NCBI GenBank assembly: GCA_964412505.1
Contig: CAYPOM010000006.1
Coordinates: forward strand, 9,437 to 73,436
Source: an uncultured Alphaproteobacteria bacterium
GTDB lineage: Bacteria > Pseudomonadota > Alphaproteobacteria > UBA3830 > CAYLKK01
DNA length: 64,000 bases
Direction: 5' to 3'
Made by a program: the position numbers and the translations under genes. The stretch's first letter is position 1; each line of letters opens with the position of its first letter. Below, piece by piece: positions 41,097 through 51,444 of the stretch. Below the pieces are notes generated by a model. That model had not been told where the DNA came from. It searched no databases and was given only the letters and a program-made list of their open reading frames with translations.

Positions 41097-42271
41097 TCTT
41101 TCCTAAGTTTTTCAAATGTATTATTGTTTATTGCAATACGTATTTTTTCCATCAAAGAATTCATAAAGAAAATATTATGAACAGATATTGCCTGAATAGC
41201 CAACATTTCTCTAGCTTTCAATAAATAATGCAAATATGCTTTTGAAAATTGTCTACAACATTCACACTCACACTGATCATCAATAGGAGTATTATCATGC
41301 TCATATTTTGCATTTTTTATATTTATATGTTCTTTATTTTGAATATCTCTGAATTCAGGCCTTACTAATGCACCGCCATGTCTCGCAATTCTAGTAGGAT
41401 GAACACAATCGAATGTATCTATACCCAACGATACCCCATTAAATATATCAGAAATACCACCTATTCCTAATAAATGTATAGGTCTTGACGTATTCAAATT
41501 TTGGAATGCCATATCTACAACTTCATGCATTTGATCTTTAGTTTGCCCTAAAGTCCCACCTATAGCCGTACCAAAAAAGTTGTTTTCACTAACGAATTCA
41601 GCGCCTAATTTTCTCAAATCAGGATATATACCACCCTGAATAATTCCATAAAGGGCCTGAGAACCATCATGTAACTCTTCGAATCTTTTTAATGACCTTA
41701 GCTCCCAATTATGAGACCTTTGTAGCGACTTTTCTGTATATTTCCTTGAAATGTGGAATGGAGTACATTCATCTAAAACAACTACTAAATCCGCCCCTAA
41801 GTCTTTCTGCGTCTCTATTGATTTTTCCGGAGTCAATAATTTATATGAACCGTCCCAATAAGAACGAAAACTAGCGCCTTCATCTGTGATTTTTAAAAGA
41901 GATTTCCTGCCGATTCTTTTTCCCTTAATTTCATCAGCTACTGATCCATGCCCAAAGCTAAAAATCTGGAATCCTCCTGAATCAGTAAGCATTGGCTTAT
42001 TCCAGTTTAGCATTTTATGCAAACCGCCCATCTTCCTTACATTATCGCCACCAGGATTTAAAAAAAGGTGATATGTATTTGAAAGAATTATCTGAGTATT
42101 TGCTCTCTCTAACTGTTCTGGCCACACACCTTTCATAGCAGCCTTCGTAGCACAAAATATGAAAGCCGGAGTTCTAATACACCCATGCGGTGTATTTAAC
42201 ACGCCACACCTAGCCTTACCGTCTGTTTTTACAACTTCAAAATCGAATTTTTTATACATTCTAAGTTTCAA
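41087..42271 (-). CDS. tgt: queuine tRNA-ribosyltransferase
   Basis: 394 aa. LTDSGGFQ, VVLDECTP, zinc site CECECCRQFSKAYLHYL. Confidence 0.93.
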   Translation of the reverse strand: MKLRMYKKFDFEVVKTDGKARCGVLNTPHGCIRTPAFIFCATKAAMKGVWPEQLERANTQIILSNTYHLFLNPGGDNVRKMGGLHKMLNWNKPMLTDSGGFQIFSFGHGSVADEIKGKRIGRKSLLKITDEGASFRSYWDGSYKLLTPEKSIETQKDLGADLVVVLDECTPFHISRKYTEKSLQRSHNWELRSLKRFEELHDGSQALYGIIQGGIYPDLRKLGAEFVSENNFFGTAIGGTLGQTKDQMHEVVDMAFQNLNTSRPIHLLGIGGISDIFNGVSLGIDTFDCVHPTRIARHGGALVRPEFRDIQNKEHINIKNAKYEHDNTPIDDQCECECCRQFSKAYLHYLLKAREMLAIQAISVHNIFFMNSLMEKIRIAINNNTFEKLRKEWL

Positions 42272-42338
42272 AAAATTACATCTAATTTAGATTATATGAC
42301 ATTTATCACAGAAACAAAACGCATCAAAAGAAGAGACT

Positions 42339-44156
42339 TTATTCCACAACTGCATCTGGCGCACTACTTACTTCCAGTGCAATATCATTTTCTATTTGTT
42401 CACTAGAAGAAGGTTGAGACGAATCAGCAACATTTTTCTTCTTACGTATACGTGAATTATTTCTAGTTTTTTTCTTTGCAGTCGTTTTATTCTTTCCTGA
42501 CTTTTTCTTAGATTTATTACATTGGGCATTTTCTTGTACAGTGTGATCATCAACATCATCTAAAACTTGCTCGCATAAAACTGGCTCTACAGAGAAATCA
42601 GATAACGACATATCGTAATCTATTCCAACCAAAATTTTGCAATTTCTACTCTTCTCTATTGATGTAATAAACGATCTTTTATTATTCAACAAATATACAG
42701 CAGTTTGCGGAGATAAAACTATTTTAACTTCTTTTACATTCTCAAAAGCGCAGCTCTCTTCAAGTTTTCTAAGCGCCTGAACCATCATTGATTCGATCGA
42801 CCATATAGTCCCAGCCCCATTACAGTACGGACACGTAATCCTATGAGTTTCCATCAAATTAGACTTCAATCTCTGCCTAGAAATCTCTAAAAGGCCAAAT
42901 TGGCTTATATCACCGACTTGAGTTTTAGCTTTATCGCTTTTAAAAATCTGCTTTAATGTCTTTTCGATAGTTTTTATATTTTTACTATCAGCCATATCAA
43001 TAAAATCTACAACTATCAACCCGCCCAAATCTCTTAATTTTATCTGTCTAGCTACTTCAGTAGCTGCCTCTAAATTTGTCTTTAATGCTGTATCCTCTAC
43101 ACTTCTCTGTTTAATAGATTTACCAGAGTTCACATCTATTGACACTAACGCCTCAGTATTATTAATAACGATATACCCACCTGAAGGCAAAGAGACTCTC
43201 GTAGAGTACATTTGGGCGATTTGTTCATTCAATCCATATTTACAAAACAGAGGGACACCATCACTCTTATAATGTTTCACTTTTTGCGCGTGACTAGGAA
43301 GCATTTTTTTCATAAACGACTTCACTGTTTTATAGCTAGTTTCACCTTCTACAATAACTTCATCTATTTCTTTAGAATACATATCTCTTATAGAGCGTTT
43401 TAGTATCCCAGCTTCCTCACTAATTAAACACGGCGCTTGAGACTTTAGAACGACATCTAGCATATCAGTCCATACCTTATGTAAGAACTCATAATCTCTC
43501 TTCAGCTCTTGTTTTGTCTTATTAGTACCGGCTGTTCTAACTACAATACACATCTCAGGTGGAATATTAAAAGTACTCAACATATTCTTTATCTTAGTCC
43601 TTTCCGCCGTAGAAGAAATTTTCTTAGAAATACCATATGGTTTATGCGTATTTGGCATAAGAACACAATATCTGCCAGATAAAGATATATATGTACTTAG
43701 AGCTGCGCCCTTCACTCCACGTTCATCCTTCATAACCTGGACAAGCAAAACTTGCCTTTTCTTTATGACTTCTTGTATTGTATATTTTTTATAAAATTTT
43801 GTTTTTATATCAAAAACCACCTGAAATTTATCTTCTTCCGACGCATCTTCTGGCATTTTTGATAAAGCCACATCTATTATCTCATTTAATTTTTCCTTAT
43901 CAGAGACAGGAATCTGATAATAATTTGGATGTATTTCACTAAAACTTAAAAAGCCGTGCCTATCTCTACCATAATCTATGAACGCCGCTTGCAAAGAAGG
44001 CTCTATTCTAATGATCTTAGCTAAATATACATTACCTTTTAATTGTGTTTTTGATAGTATTTCAAACTCAAATTTTTCTAATCGCTCTTCATCTGAGATA
44101 GCCACCCTTATTTCTTCTTCATGTGCACCATCTATCAACAAACGTTTTGCCATCAA
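42339..44156 (-). CDS. rne: ribonuclease E/G family endoribonuclease
   Basis: 605 aa. S1 domain GNVYLAKIIRIEPSLQAAFIDYG, catalytic-core motifs (VSIDVNSG, IVVDFIDM), CPYCNG zinc link, and a Lys-rich C-terminal tail. Confidence 0.88.
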   Translation of the reverse strand: MMAKRLLIDGAHEEEIRVAISDEERLEKFEFEILSKTQLKGNVYLAKIIRIEPSLQAAFIDYGRDRHGFLSFSEIHPNYYQIPVSDKEKLNEIIDVALSKMPEDASEEDKFQVVFDIKTKFYKKYTIQEVIKKRQVLLVQVMKDERGVKGAALSTYISLSGRYCVLMPNTHKPYGISKKISSTAERTKIKNMLSTFNIPPEMCIVVRTAGTNKTKQELKRDYEFLHKVWTDMLDVVLKSQAPCLISEEAGILKRSIRDMYSKEIDEVIVEGETSYKTVKSFMKKMLPSHAQKVKHYKSDGVPLFCKYGLNEQIAQMYSTRVSLPSGGYIVINNTEALVSIDVNSGKSIKQRSVEDTALKTNLEAATEVARQIKLRDLGGLIVVDFIDMADSKNIKTIEKTLKQIFKSDKAKTQVGDISQFGLLEISRQRLKSNLMETHRITCPYCNGAGTIWSIESMMVQALRKLEESCAFENVKEVKIVLSPQTAVYLLNNKRSFITSIEKSRNCKILVGIDYDMSLSDFSVEPVLCEQVLDDVDDHTVQENAQCNKSKKKSGKNKTTAKKKTRNNSRIRKKKNVADSSQPSSSEQIENDIALEVSSAPDAVVE

Positions 44157-44590
44157 ATCCCCCGAATAATTTCATTGCTAAACGAGTGGCGAATATATCA
44201 ATCATTTTTGTACTAGAAGTGAAATATAAATTACAAACATACATTTCTTTTAATTACCACCCATAACTATATCTAAAAATATAACATCTATCTCACTAAC
44301 GAGATATGTTTAATAACATCTCATCGACTATGCAATATCGCACAGCAATCACATGATAATTTTATTACATTCACATAAACATGTAAATGATAGTCCACGC
44401 AAATTATAAATATAAAATTCTATGTTTTTACAAACTAATTTTAGCTATAGGCATTAAATAACAATCAGTTTACCTATTATTGAGCATATACAGCATTAAA
44501 TACAATTTATAATTTAATATTATAAAGAAATATTATGAAACTATAAATTTGCTTAATATACATGAACTTATATATTGTTTATAAATAAAT

Positions 44591-45538
44591 TTGGACTATA
44601 ATATATTACTGTATTCTTCGATAGGAATTTATATGCCTTTAAGCCTTTCTTTATTAATATACCCATTACTATTCATGTTTGGTCATGCTTTTACAGCTGT
44701 TTTGCAGTTTGCTGTAGAAGATTATTTTCAGAAACCCGTAGGGTCATGTTTTATCTTTGCATCTAGTTACATAAAATGTTTAGCTTGTATTTCAGTCCTA
44801 GCAGTAGTACTTAGCTCGTGTATTTATATCTGGAAAAAATACTTTTTTAATAACGACTCTAATAACGACAACAAAACAGCGGTATCTACCGTTAACCGTA
44901 TATTTAAAGATATTGTTTTTTGTATATCCGCATTTATTAGTTTATATTTTTGCACAAGAACTTTCTATTGTTTTCTGGTAGGACAAGTAGACGTTTATTA
45001 TCTATTGAAGATTGCTATCGATGTTTGTGGGCTAGCTATATTTATGGTGTTTATAGCACTCGACCGAAAAAACATATTCCGCACAAATTTCAAATTATTT
45101 TTTGGGACATTCATTACTGTGATACTGCTTGCCGTGCTAATAACATTATTATGTGTACATAAGTTTGCTAATTTAGGCGCAGTTAGTAGAGTGCGACCAG
45201 ACGTCATTATATTTCGATGTTTAGAAACAATTGACTATGAGACTAGAAATTGCACGAGTTATAAATATTCTAAACATGACATCGATAGTAAGTTATACGA
45301 TAGACTGCTAAGCACGGGTCTGGAACAACTACCCAAAGGGGCTATACAGTACAAAGTTAACGATACTCATGTAGATGTAACTTTCAACATACAATCTGGC
45401 GAAAACGATAGAGACAAAACTAGAGCAATTGATCGCATTGTTTATCAATATAATAAATCTGAAATTAGAAAATATTTCAACGAATATAAACAACCTGGAG
45501 AGTATACAAAGACTTTTAAAATTGAGAAAAAGAAGTAA
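44591..45538 (+). CDS. hypothetical membrane protein with C-terminal soluble domain
   Basis: 315 aa. About 6 TM helices, then ~110 aa of charged soluble sequence. No family recognised. Start uncertain (TTG at 44591 or ATG at 44633). Confidence 0.45.
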   Translation: MDYNILLYSSIGIYMPLSLSLLIYPLLFMFGHAFTAVLQFAVEDYFQKPVGSCFIFASSYIKCLACISVLAVVLSSCIYIWKKYFFNNDSNNDNKTAVSTVNRIFKDIVFCISAFISLYFCTRTFYCFLVGQVDVYYLLKIAIDVCGLAIFMVFIALDRKNIFRTNFKLFFGTFITVILLAVLITLLCVHKFANLGAVSRVRPDVIIFRCLETIDYETRNCTSYKYSKHDIDSKLYDRLLSTGLEQLPKGAIQYKVNDTHVDVTFNIQSGENDRDKTRAIDRIVYQYNKSEIRKYFNEYKQPGEYTKTFKIEKKK

Positions 45539-45708
45539 CCTCTTAAATTCATACTACATTGGATAATGCGTATGTGAACATGTTCTTGCGAGACTGAAAA
45601 TGTCATTTCTAATTAAATGCAGACCTATAAAGTACAAAATCACTTTCGCAAGGACTATATTGCGCAAAAAATCTCCATATATTGTTTTAAATTTATCAGA
45701 TTGCTAAG

Positions 45709-46425
45709 CTACATAGCTATATTTATAATTTCTTTAAAACTGTATGCATCTAAACATGCATTTCCTACTAGAATTCCATCTATTTTTTCTATATTTAGGA
45801 ATTTTTCTGCATTAGATACTTTTATTGATCCGCCATATAATACAGGCACTTTCTCTCCTGTTAATTTTATTACATGCTCTACAATAAATTCAGCGACTTC
45901 TTCTACCTCTGCTACGCTTGGCACTCTGCCAGTACCTATAGCCCATACAGGTTCATATGCTACAATTAAATCGTGGAAATTAACGTCATCATTTTTACGT
46001 GTAAGTATATTCAATTGAGCTCTAATAATCTCGAACCTCTGTTTCCTCTGACTTACTTTTTCACCTACACATAGCACTGGCTTTAATTCATTACAGATTG
46101 CACTTCTAAGCTTCTTGTCTATAATCTCATTTGATTCTTGATGATTAATCCTTCTTTCTGAATGGCCTATAAGAACGTACTCGCAGCCACATTCCTTTAA
46201 CATAGCTGCACTGATATCCCCTGTGTATGCGCCATAATCTTCGTAATAACAATCTTGCGCTCCATATTTAAAATTAATCCCGTCAACATACCCAAAGAAC
46301 GTGTAAGGAAAAAATACACAAATGTTTTGCAGTGTTTCATTGGATAATTCATTTATAGAATTGATATATTCACAAATATTCTTTATCTTTCCGTTCATTT
46401 TGAAGTTACCGAAAACTAATTTCAT
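45709..46425 (-). CDS. tpiA: triosephosphate isomerase
   Basis: 238 aa. GNFKMNG, IGHSERR, AYEPVWAIGTG, YGGS motifs. Confidence 0.93.
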   Translation of the reverse strand: MKLVFGNFKMNGKIKNICEYINSINELSNETLQNICVFFPYTFFGYVDGINFKYGAQDCYYEDYGAYTGDISAAMLKECGCEYVLIGHSERRINHQESNEIIDKKLRSAICNELKPVLCVGEKVSQRKQRFEIIRAQLNILTRKNDDVNFHDLIVAYEPVWAIGTGRVPSVAEVEEVAEFIVEHVIKLTGEKVPVLYGGSIKVSNAEKFLNIEKIDGILVGNACLDAYSFKEIINIAM

Positions 46426-46509
46426 AAAAGACCTCGCAAATTAGTGATATCATGTTATAATACTACATTATATGATATGTTCTAATAAAATATTTAAGGA
46501 AGTGTATAT

Positions 46510-48120
46510 ATGCTCGGTTTTATAAGAAAACATTCTGGTTCTTGGTTCGTAAAGTTGTTTTTAGGAATGATTGCTTTTACGTTTTTATTCTTTTTTGGCA
46601 TGTCTGATGTAATTCGTAGGTATATGGGGAAAGACTATGTCGTTAAAGTTGGTGATGTTAAAATAGGACCTAATTTACTTAGATTCGAAGTACAAAAACG
46701 TTCCAATCAATTTAAGAAAATGAACATAAATAATGAGAACTTAATCTTAGGAATTGTAATTAACCAGATAATCGATGAATTACTTACAGACCAAATAGCT
46801 AACTTTTCTGGTATTTCAGTTGGCGAAAGGTTAGTAAAGACATATATACGCAGCATTGCTGGTTTTGTAGATCAAGATGGCAATTTAAAAAAACGTGAAA
46901 TAATGAATTTAATGGCTAATATGGGCTTACCAGAAGAAGATTTCATAAATTTCATAAAAAGAAATATAGAAAGCAATATAATTAGCGGTACGTTGTCTAA
47001 TGTCTTACCGTCTTGTATAGCTCCTTTTTATATTACCGCAAATCTTGAAATGCGTAATATAAAATATGTAGAGATTTCTTCAAACGATGTTCGCGAAAAA
47101 GTTGCAAATCCCACCGAAGATGATCTAAATGATTTCTACACAAAGAATGGAGAGTTGTTCAAACTTCCAGAATCGAGAGATTTTACTGTTTTGATGATAG
47201 ATGAGAAAAGATTACGTAATACGATAAATGTTTCAGAAGAAGACATAAAGAAAGAGTATAATAATTCTAATGAAACAGATGATTTATCTGTAGTTCACGA
47301 TAAAATAAGGAATAATCTTGTAGCGGAAGCTTTAGAAAATAAGATAGAAGATTTAAAGAGAGAAATAGAGGACGATCTTACAGCTGGAATTTCGTGCAAA
47401 GACGTCGCTAAAAAATATAATTTACGAATTTCAGAATTCAAAAAAATAACAAAGGATTACGTTACACCATCTGGATACAAAGAAACTGAGTTACCATTTA
47501 TGAAGAAGGCTATAGATGTTGCTTTTTCTCTTGATGAAGGACTTGAAAGTTCGTTTGCTTATGCGCTAGATAAAAAGAACAATAGAATTCATTGGTTGAT
47601 ACGCTCTAACAAAATAACTCCAGAACGAGTAGATAGTTTTGATAATGTAAAAAAGAAAGTTAGAAATGAGTTCATGAAATTCGCTTTAAATAAAGCTATG
47701 GTGGATTTAGCTAACAGTTACGTATCTCAAATAAATGATGGATTAGCTATAGAATCTGTCACTAAAGGTTCTATACATAAAATTCGCGATATTTCAAGGA
47801 ATATGGCGCTTACTGACGATAAAATCAAAGGCATGAAACTAGAGCAAGCATCATTAGATATAATAACAGATACTGAATTATTAAAGTCTGGATTTTTCTC
47901 TAGTGGCGATAAGTATATAGTATTCCAAGTAGTTGGAATAGATGCTCCTAAGGATATTAACAAGGAGAAAATGGAAGAATATGGCAGAAAATTGGCTAAG
48001 GAATTAAACAACGATTTATATGTAGAAATGAAGCGATATTTTGCTGAAAAACTCGGCATAAAAATCAACAAGGATTTACTAAAACACGGAGAAGAACAAA
48101 TTCCAGATATTGATTTTTAG
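46510..48120 (+). CDS. ppiD: periplasmic chaperone PpiD-like (SurA-N domain protein)
   Basis: 536 aa. N-terminal MLGFIRKHSGSWFVKLFLGMIAFTFLFFFG anchor is typical of PpiD. Long helical chaperone region. The parvulin motif is not evident. Confidence 0.55.
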   Translation: MLGFIRKHSGSWFVKLFLGMIAFTFLFFFGMSDVIRRYMGKDYVVKVGDVKIGPNLLRFEVQKRSNQFKKMNINNENLILGIVINQIIDELLTDQIANFSGISVGERLVKTYIRSIAGFVDQDGNLKKREIMNLMANMGLPEEDFINFIKRNIESNIISGTLSNVLPSCIAPFYITANLEMRNIKYVEISSNDVREKVANPTEDDLNDFYTKNGELFKLPESRDFTVLMIDEKRLRNTINVSEEDIKKEYNNSNETDDLSVVHDKIRNNLVAEALENKIEDLKREIEDDLTAGISCKDVAKKYNLRISEFKKITKDYVTPSGYKETELPFMKKAIDVAFSLDEGLESSFAYALDKKNNRIHWLIRSNKITPERVDSFDNVKKKVRNEFMKFALNKAMVDLANSYVSQINDGLAIESVTKGSIHKIRDISRNMALTDDKIKGMKLEQASLDIITDTELLKSGFFSSGDKYIVFQVVGIDAPKDINKEKMEEYGRKLAKELNNDLYVEMKRYFAEKLGIKINKDLLKHGEEQIPDIDF

Positions 48121-48646
48121 TAGATATGTAAGTGGCGATTCGTTGTTCATTTAATAAGCAAGCAGATTAAAAAAGAATCTGAATGGAATATTGAAAGAAT
48201 AGTCGATAGGTTTTGTATTTGGTATATCATTTAAATTTATTTTTAAATGTATACTGGCCACTAATAACACACAACTTAGATGTATAGTCTTTTCACCATA
48301 GGAGGCTATACACTCTAAATATCTCGGAAACTGTAAGTTTACTAGGTAATGCTACATCATAGTTAAATTCGTAGTTATATGTTTTCCAAATATTTAACTT
48401 CTAAACAATTTAATAATAACGCACTAAAAACAATCTATATACATAGCATTAAATCATGGCTCAGTATAAAGTAAATGCATTTCAGAAAGATTTAAGTAGA
48501 GAAATATACTTAATACAAAAAAGTAAATCTAATTTAGTTAGATAAATGTTCGTGACATATCTGTTTTTAAAAAGCAAAGAAAAAATTTAGCAATATATAA
48601 AAATTTGGTGTAGTATTATAAATATAGAGTATTTTGGATTTTTTGA

Positions 48647-49669
48647 ATGGAAAAGAAGAAGGCATTAGAAGCGGCAGTTGCGCAGATAGAAAAAGCGTTT
48701 GGTCGCGGTTCGGTTATGAAGTTAGGGCAGAGATCTGCGATCGTTGATACAGAAGTTGTTTCTACTGGTTCGATCGGTCTAGATATAGCGCTAGGAGTCG
48801 GAGGATTTCCAAAAGGAAGAATTATAGAAGTGTTCGGCCCAGAAAGCTCAGGTAAAACTACTTTAGCTCTACATACTGTAGCTGAATCTCAAAAATTAGG
48901 TGGAACTTGTGCGTACATAGATGCAGAGCATGCATTAGACCCAGTTTATGCAAAAAATTTAGGCGTAAATGTTGATGAGCTAATATTGTCTCAGCCTGAT
49001 ACTGGTGAACAAGCATTGGAAATCGCTGACACATTAGTACGTTCTGGAGCTATTGACGTTCTAGTAGTGGACAGCGTCGCAGCGTTAGTACCTAAAGCTG
49101 AAATCGAAGGGGAAATGGGCGATTCTCATATGGGTTTACAAGCTAGGTTGATGAGCCAGGCGTTACGTAAATTGACTGCCACAGTAGCTAAGTCAAACTG
49201 TATAATGATTTTTATTAACCAGATTAGAATGAAAATAGGTGTGTTTTTTGGCAGCCCAGAAACAACGACTGGCGGGAACGCATTGAAATTTTATTCTTCT
49301 ATTCGCGTAGATATTCGTAGAATCGGTTCAATAAAAGACAAAGATCAAATTATAGGAAATCAGGTTAAAGTAAAAATAGTAAAGAACAAAGTCGCGCCTC
49401 CATTTAGAGTAGTAGATTTTGATATTATATATAGCGAAGGAATTTCTAAATTTGGAGAACTAATAGATATAGGTGTAAAAGCTGGTTTTGTCGATAAATC
49501 TGGAGCATGGTTCTCAATGGGAGACCAGAAACTGGGCCAAGGTAGAGAAGCAGCAAAAGCATTTCTAAAAGAAAATCCTCAGGTTGCACAAAAATTAGAA
49601 TCTTTAATTAGAAATAAACCAGACGCTGTAAATAATTTAGATATAGATTTAGATGCTTCCAGTGACTAA
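48647..49669 (+). CDS. recA: recombinase RecA
   Basis: 340 aa. [37 protein letters not shown] motifs. Confidence 0.98.
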   Translation: MEKKKALEAAVAQIEKAFGRGSVMKLGQRSAIVDTEVVSTGSIGLDIALGVGGFPKGRIIEVFGPESSGKTTLALHTVAESQKLGGTCAYIDAEHALDPVYAKNLGVNVDELILSQPDTGEQALEIADTLVRSGAIDVLVVDSVAALVPKAEIEGEMGDSHMGLQARLMSQALRKLTATVAKSNCIMIFINQIRMKIGVFFGSPETTTGGNALKFYSSIRVDIRRIGSIKDKDQIIGNQVKVKIVKNKVAPPFRVVDFDIIYSEGISKFGELIDIGVKAGFVDKSGAWFSMGDQKLGQGREAAKAFLKENPQVAQKLESLIRNKPDAVNNLDIDLDASSD

Positions 49670-49687
49670 ATAAGTATTTCTCCGCAT

Positions 49688-50386
49688 ATGCTCATCGAAA
49701 AAATATTAGATATTATATTCCCTAGACGGTGCGTATTTTGCGGAGATTTAATAGACTCAGCGGATGTTTGTCCTGAATGTTGGAAAAACGTGTTTTGGAT
49801 TTCTGCGCCGATTTGCGATATTTGTGGCAAACCTCTTGAATATTCTGATACAAGTTTATGCTATTCATGCATGTCACACAAATTCTGTTTTAATAAGAGC
49901 AGGTCAGTTTTCGTGTATGACGATATTACAAAAAATGCGATTTTAAACTTTAAGCATAGAGAAGCAACTTACATGAGTAAAACTTTTGCTTCTTGGTTGT
50001 ATAGAGTCGGTAAAGAAATTTTAGAAGATACACACATTATAACATCTGTTCCAATGTATAGAACAAAGCTGCTTAAACGAATGTTTAATCAATCTGCGAT
50101 TTTAGCTAATGATCTTGCCAATTTATGTGGCGTATATAGAAATAACCTGCTTTTAAAAAAGATAAAAGATACTCACACGCAAGAGGGTCTTACTCTTGAA
50201 GAAAGAAGAAGAAATCTAATCGGCACTTTTACTGTTAATGAGAAGTGTAAAAGTATAATCAAAGGGAAAAATATTACAGTAGTAGATGATGTACTTACTA
50301 CTGGATCTACGATTAATGAATGCGCAAAAGTACTTAAACAAAATGGAGCTAGTAAAGTATATGCGCTAACATTAGCTAAAACATAA
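49688..50386 (+). CDS. comF: ComF family protein (PRTase fold, N-terminal zinc ribbon)
   Basis: 232 aa. CxxC...CxxC...CxxC...C N-terminus and the PRTase motif ITVVDDVLTTGSTI. Confidence 0.82.
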   Translation: MLIEKILDIIFPRRCVFCGDLIDSADVCPECWKNVFWISAPICDICGKPLEYSDTSLCYSCMSHKFCFNKSRSVFVYDDITKNAILNFKHREATYMSKTFASWLYRVGKEILEDTHIITSVPMYRTKLLKRMFNQSAILANDLANLCGVYRNNLLLKKIKDTHTQEGLTLEERRRNLIGTFTVNEKCKSIIKGKNITVVDDVLTTGSTINECAKVLKQNGASKVYALTLAKT

Positions 50387-50424
50387 ATAATTACCTGGTA
50401 TTTTTTGTTAAATATTCACACCGT

Positions 50425-51444
50425 TTATTGCTTAATTTTTTTATCATTCAAAAAGTTCTTGATTGCTTGAGATAAATGTTTTTGACAATACATATACAAG
50501 ATCCTTTGGCTAACATTTCTATAAACATTTTCTAATCTTAACTCGTATTGTTCATCAATTAATGAGTATAAGAAATATCCAACGTAGTAGAATGTGCTAA
50601 CTGGTAAAATGCAATCATGAAATATCAAACCAGATTTTTTGTTGATGTAGAATCCTAACCCATATGAAATTTTTGGAATATTTGTATGTACAGTATACTC
50701 TAGCATTTTTTTGATGTTTTCTTTGCTATATAAAAATTTAATTATTTTGCAAAGCTCACTGCTACTAGAAATCACGCCCCCACAGAAACTACCCCCAGTC
50801 CATTTCCCTTTTATCTGAGGGTTATTCGGAAAACTTAGATCCATGCTAGCTCTTAAATCTGGGTTCGATTTATATAAATCTAAATATGTCGAATCACTTA
50901 TCAAAAATGTATTCTTTAATCCTAGTTCTTCAAAAAAATTTGAGCATAAAGTAATGAAACTTTTTTTAGAAATGTACTCTAAAATTTTTCCAGCAATTAT
51001 ATAATTGCAATTATCATATCTAAAAACTTGCCCAGGGTGAGCATGCTTAACATTTTTTGCAAAATCAACTCCACTAGAATGTGTCAATAGGTGTTTTATT
51101 TGTACACCATCTAAAGTATTCATGTTTATTGCATTTGAAAATAATCTACTGGAACTTTTAATTTCTTCTAGTTTGTCTTCATTTAATATATCTGTAACAT
51201 ATAGATCAATATCATCTACGTATTTTACCACCAAATACGCAGTAATTTGCTTAGATAATGAACCTATAAAAAATTGAGTGTTCTCATCTACATATTTGCT
51301 GTGTTTAACTATATTGTCGTTTCTGTATAATATTCCACTAAATGATAATTCATTATTGAGATATTCGAATATGTAGCTAGCTGATAAAAATATAAGAGCT
51401 ACTAATAACGTTTTGACTTTTATGCTATTTTTCGTCTTACACAT
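50425..51444 (-). CDS. membrane-anchored serine hydrolase of the beta-lactamase/AmpH-PBP4* family
   Basis: ATG at 51444 (MCKTKNSIKVKTLLVALIFLSASYIF anchor). SxxK = SLSK, YxN = YDN. The 25-nt overlap with the rodA 3' end suggests coupling. The track's longer 51600 start lies wholly inside rodA. Confidence 0.65.
   Translation of the reverse strand: MCKTKNSIKVKTLLVALIFLSASYIFEYLNNELSFSGILYRNDNIVKHSKYVDENTQFFIGSLSKQITAYLVVKYVDDIDLYVTDILNEDKLEEIKSSSRLFSNAINMNTLDGVQIKHLLTHSSGVDFAKNVKHAHPGQVFRYDNCNYIIAGKILEYISKKSFITLCSNFFEELGLKNTFLISDSTYLDLYKSNPDLRASMDLSFPNNPQIKGKWTGGSFCGGVISSSSELCKIIKFLYSKENIKKMLEYTVHTNIPKISYGLGFYINKKSGLIFHDCILPVSTFYYVGYFLYSLIDEQYELRLENVYRNVSQRILYMYCQKHLSQAIKNFLNDKKIKQ

Noticed and set aside
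45617-46018. 133-aa plus-strand ORF
   Set aside because: It is antisense to the well-supported tpiA gene. The same logic applies to the many 60-170-aa antisense ORFs in the track (e.g. 6258..6728, 7914..8324, 13547..13927, 27056..27496, 35355..35870, 32658..33056).
48540-48646. SOS/LexA-type operator upstream of recA
   Set aside because: The only GTTC-containing stretch (ATGTTCGTGACATATCTG) does not fit GTTC-N7-GTTC or GAAC-N7-GAAC. Reduced intracellular alphaproteobacteria commonly lack LexA.
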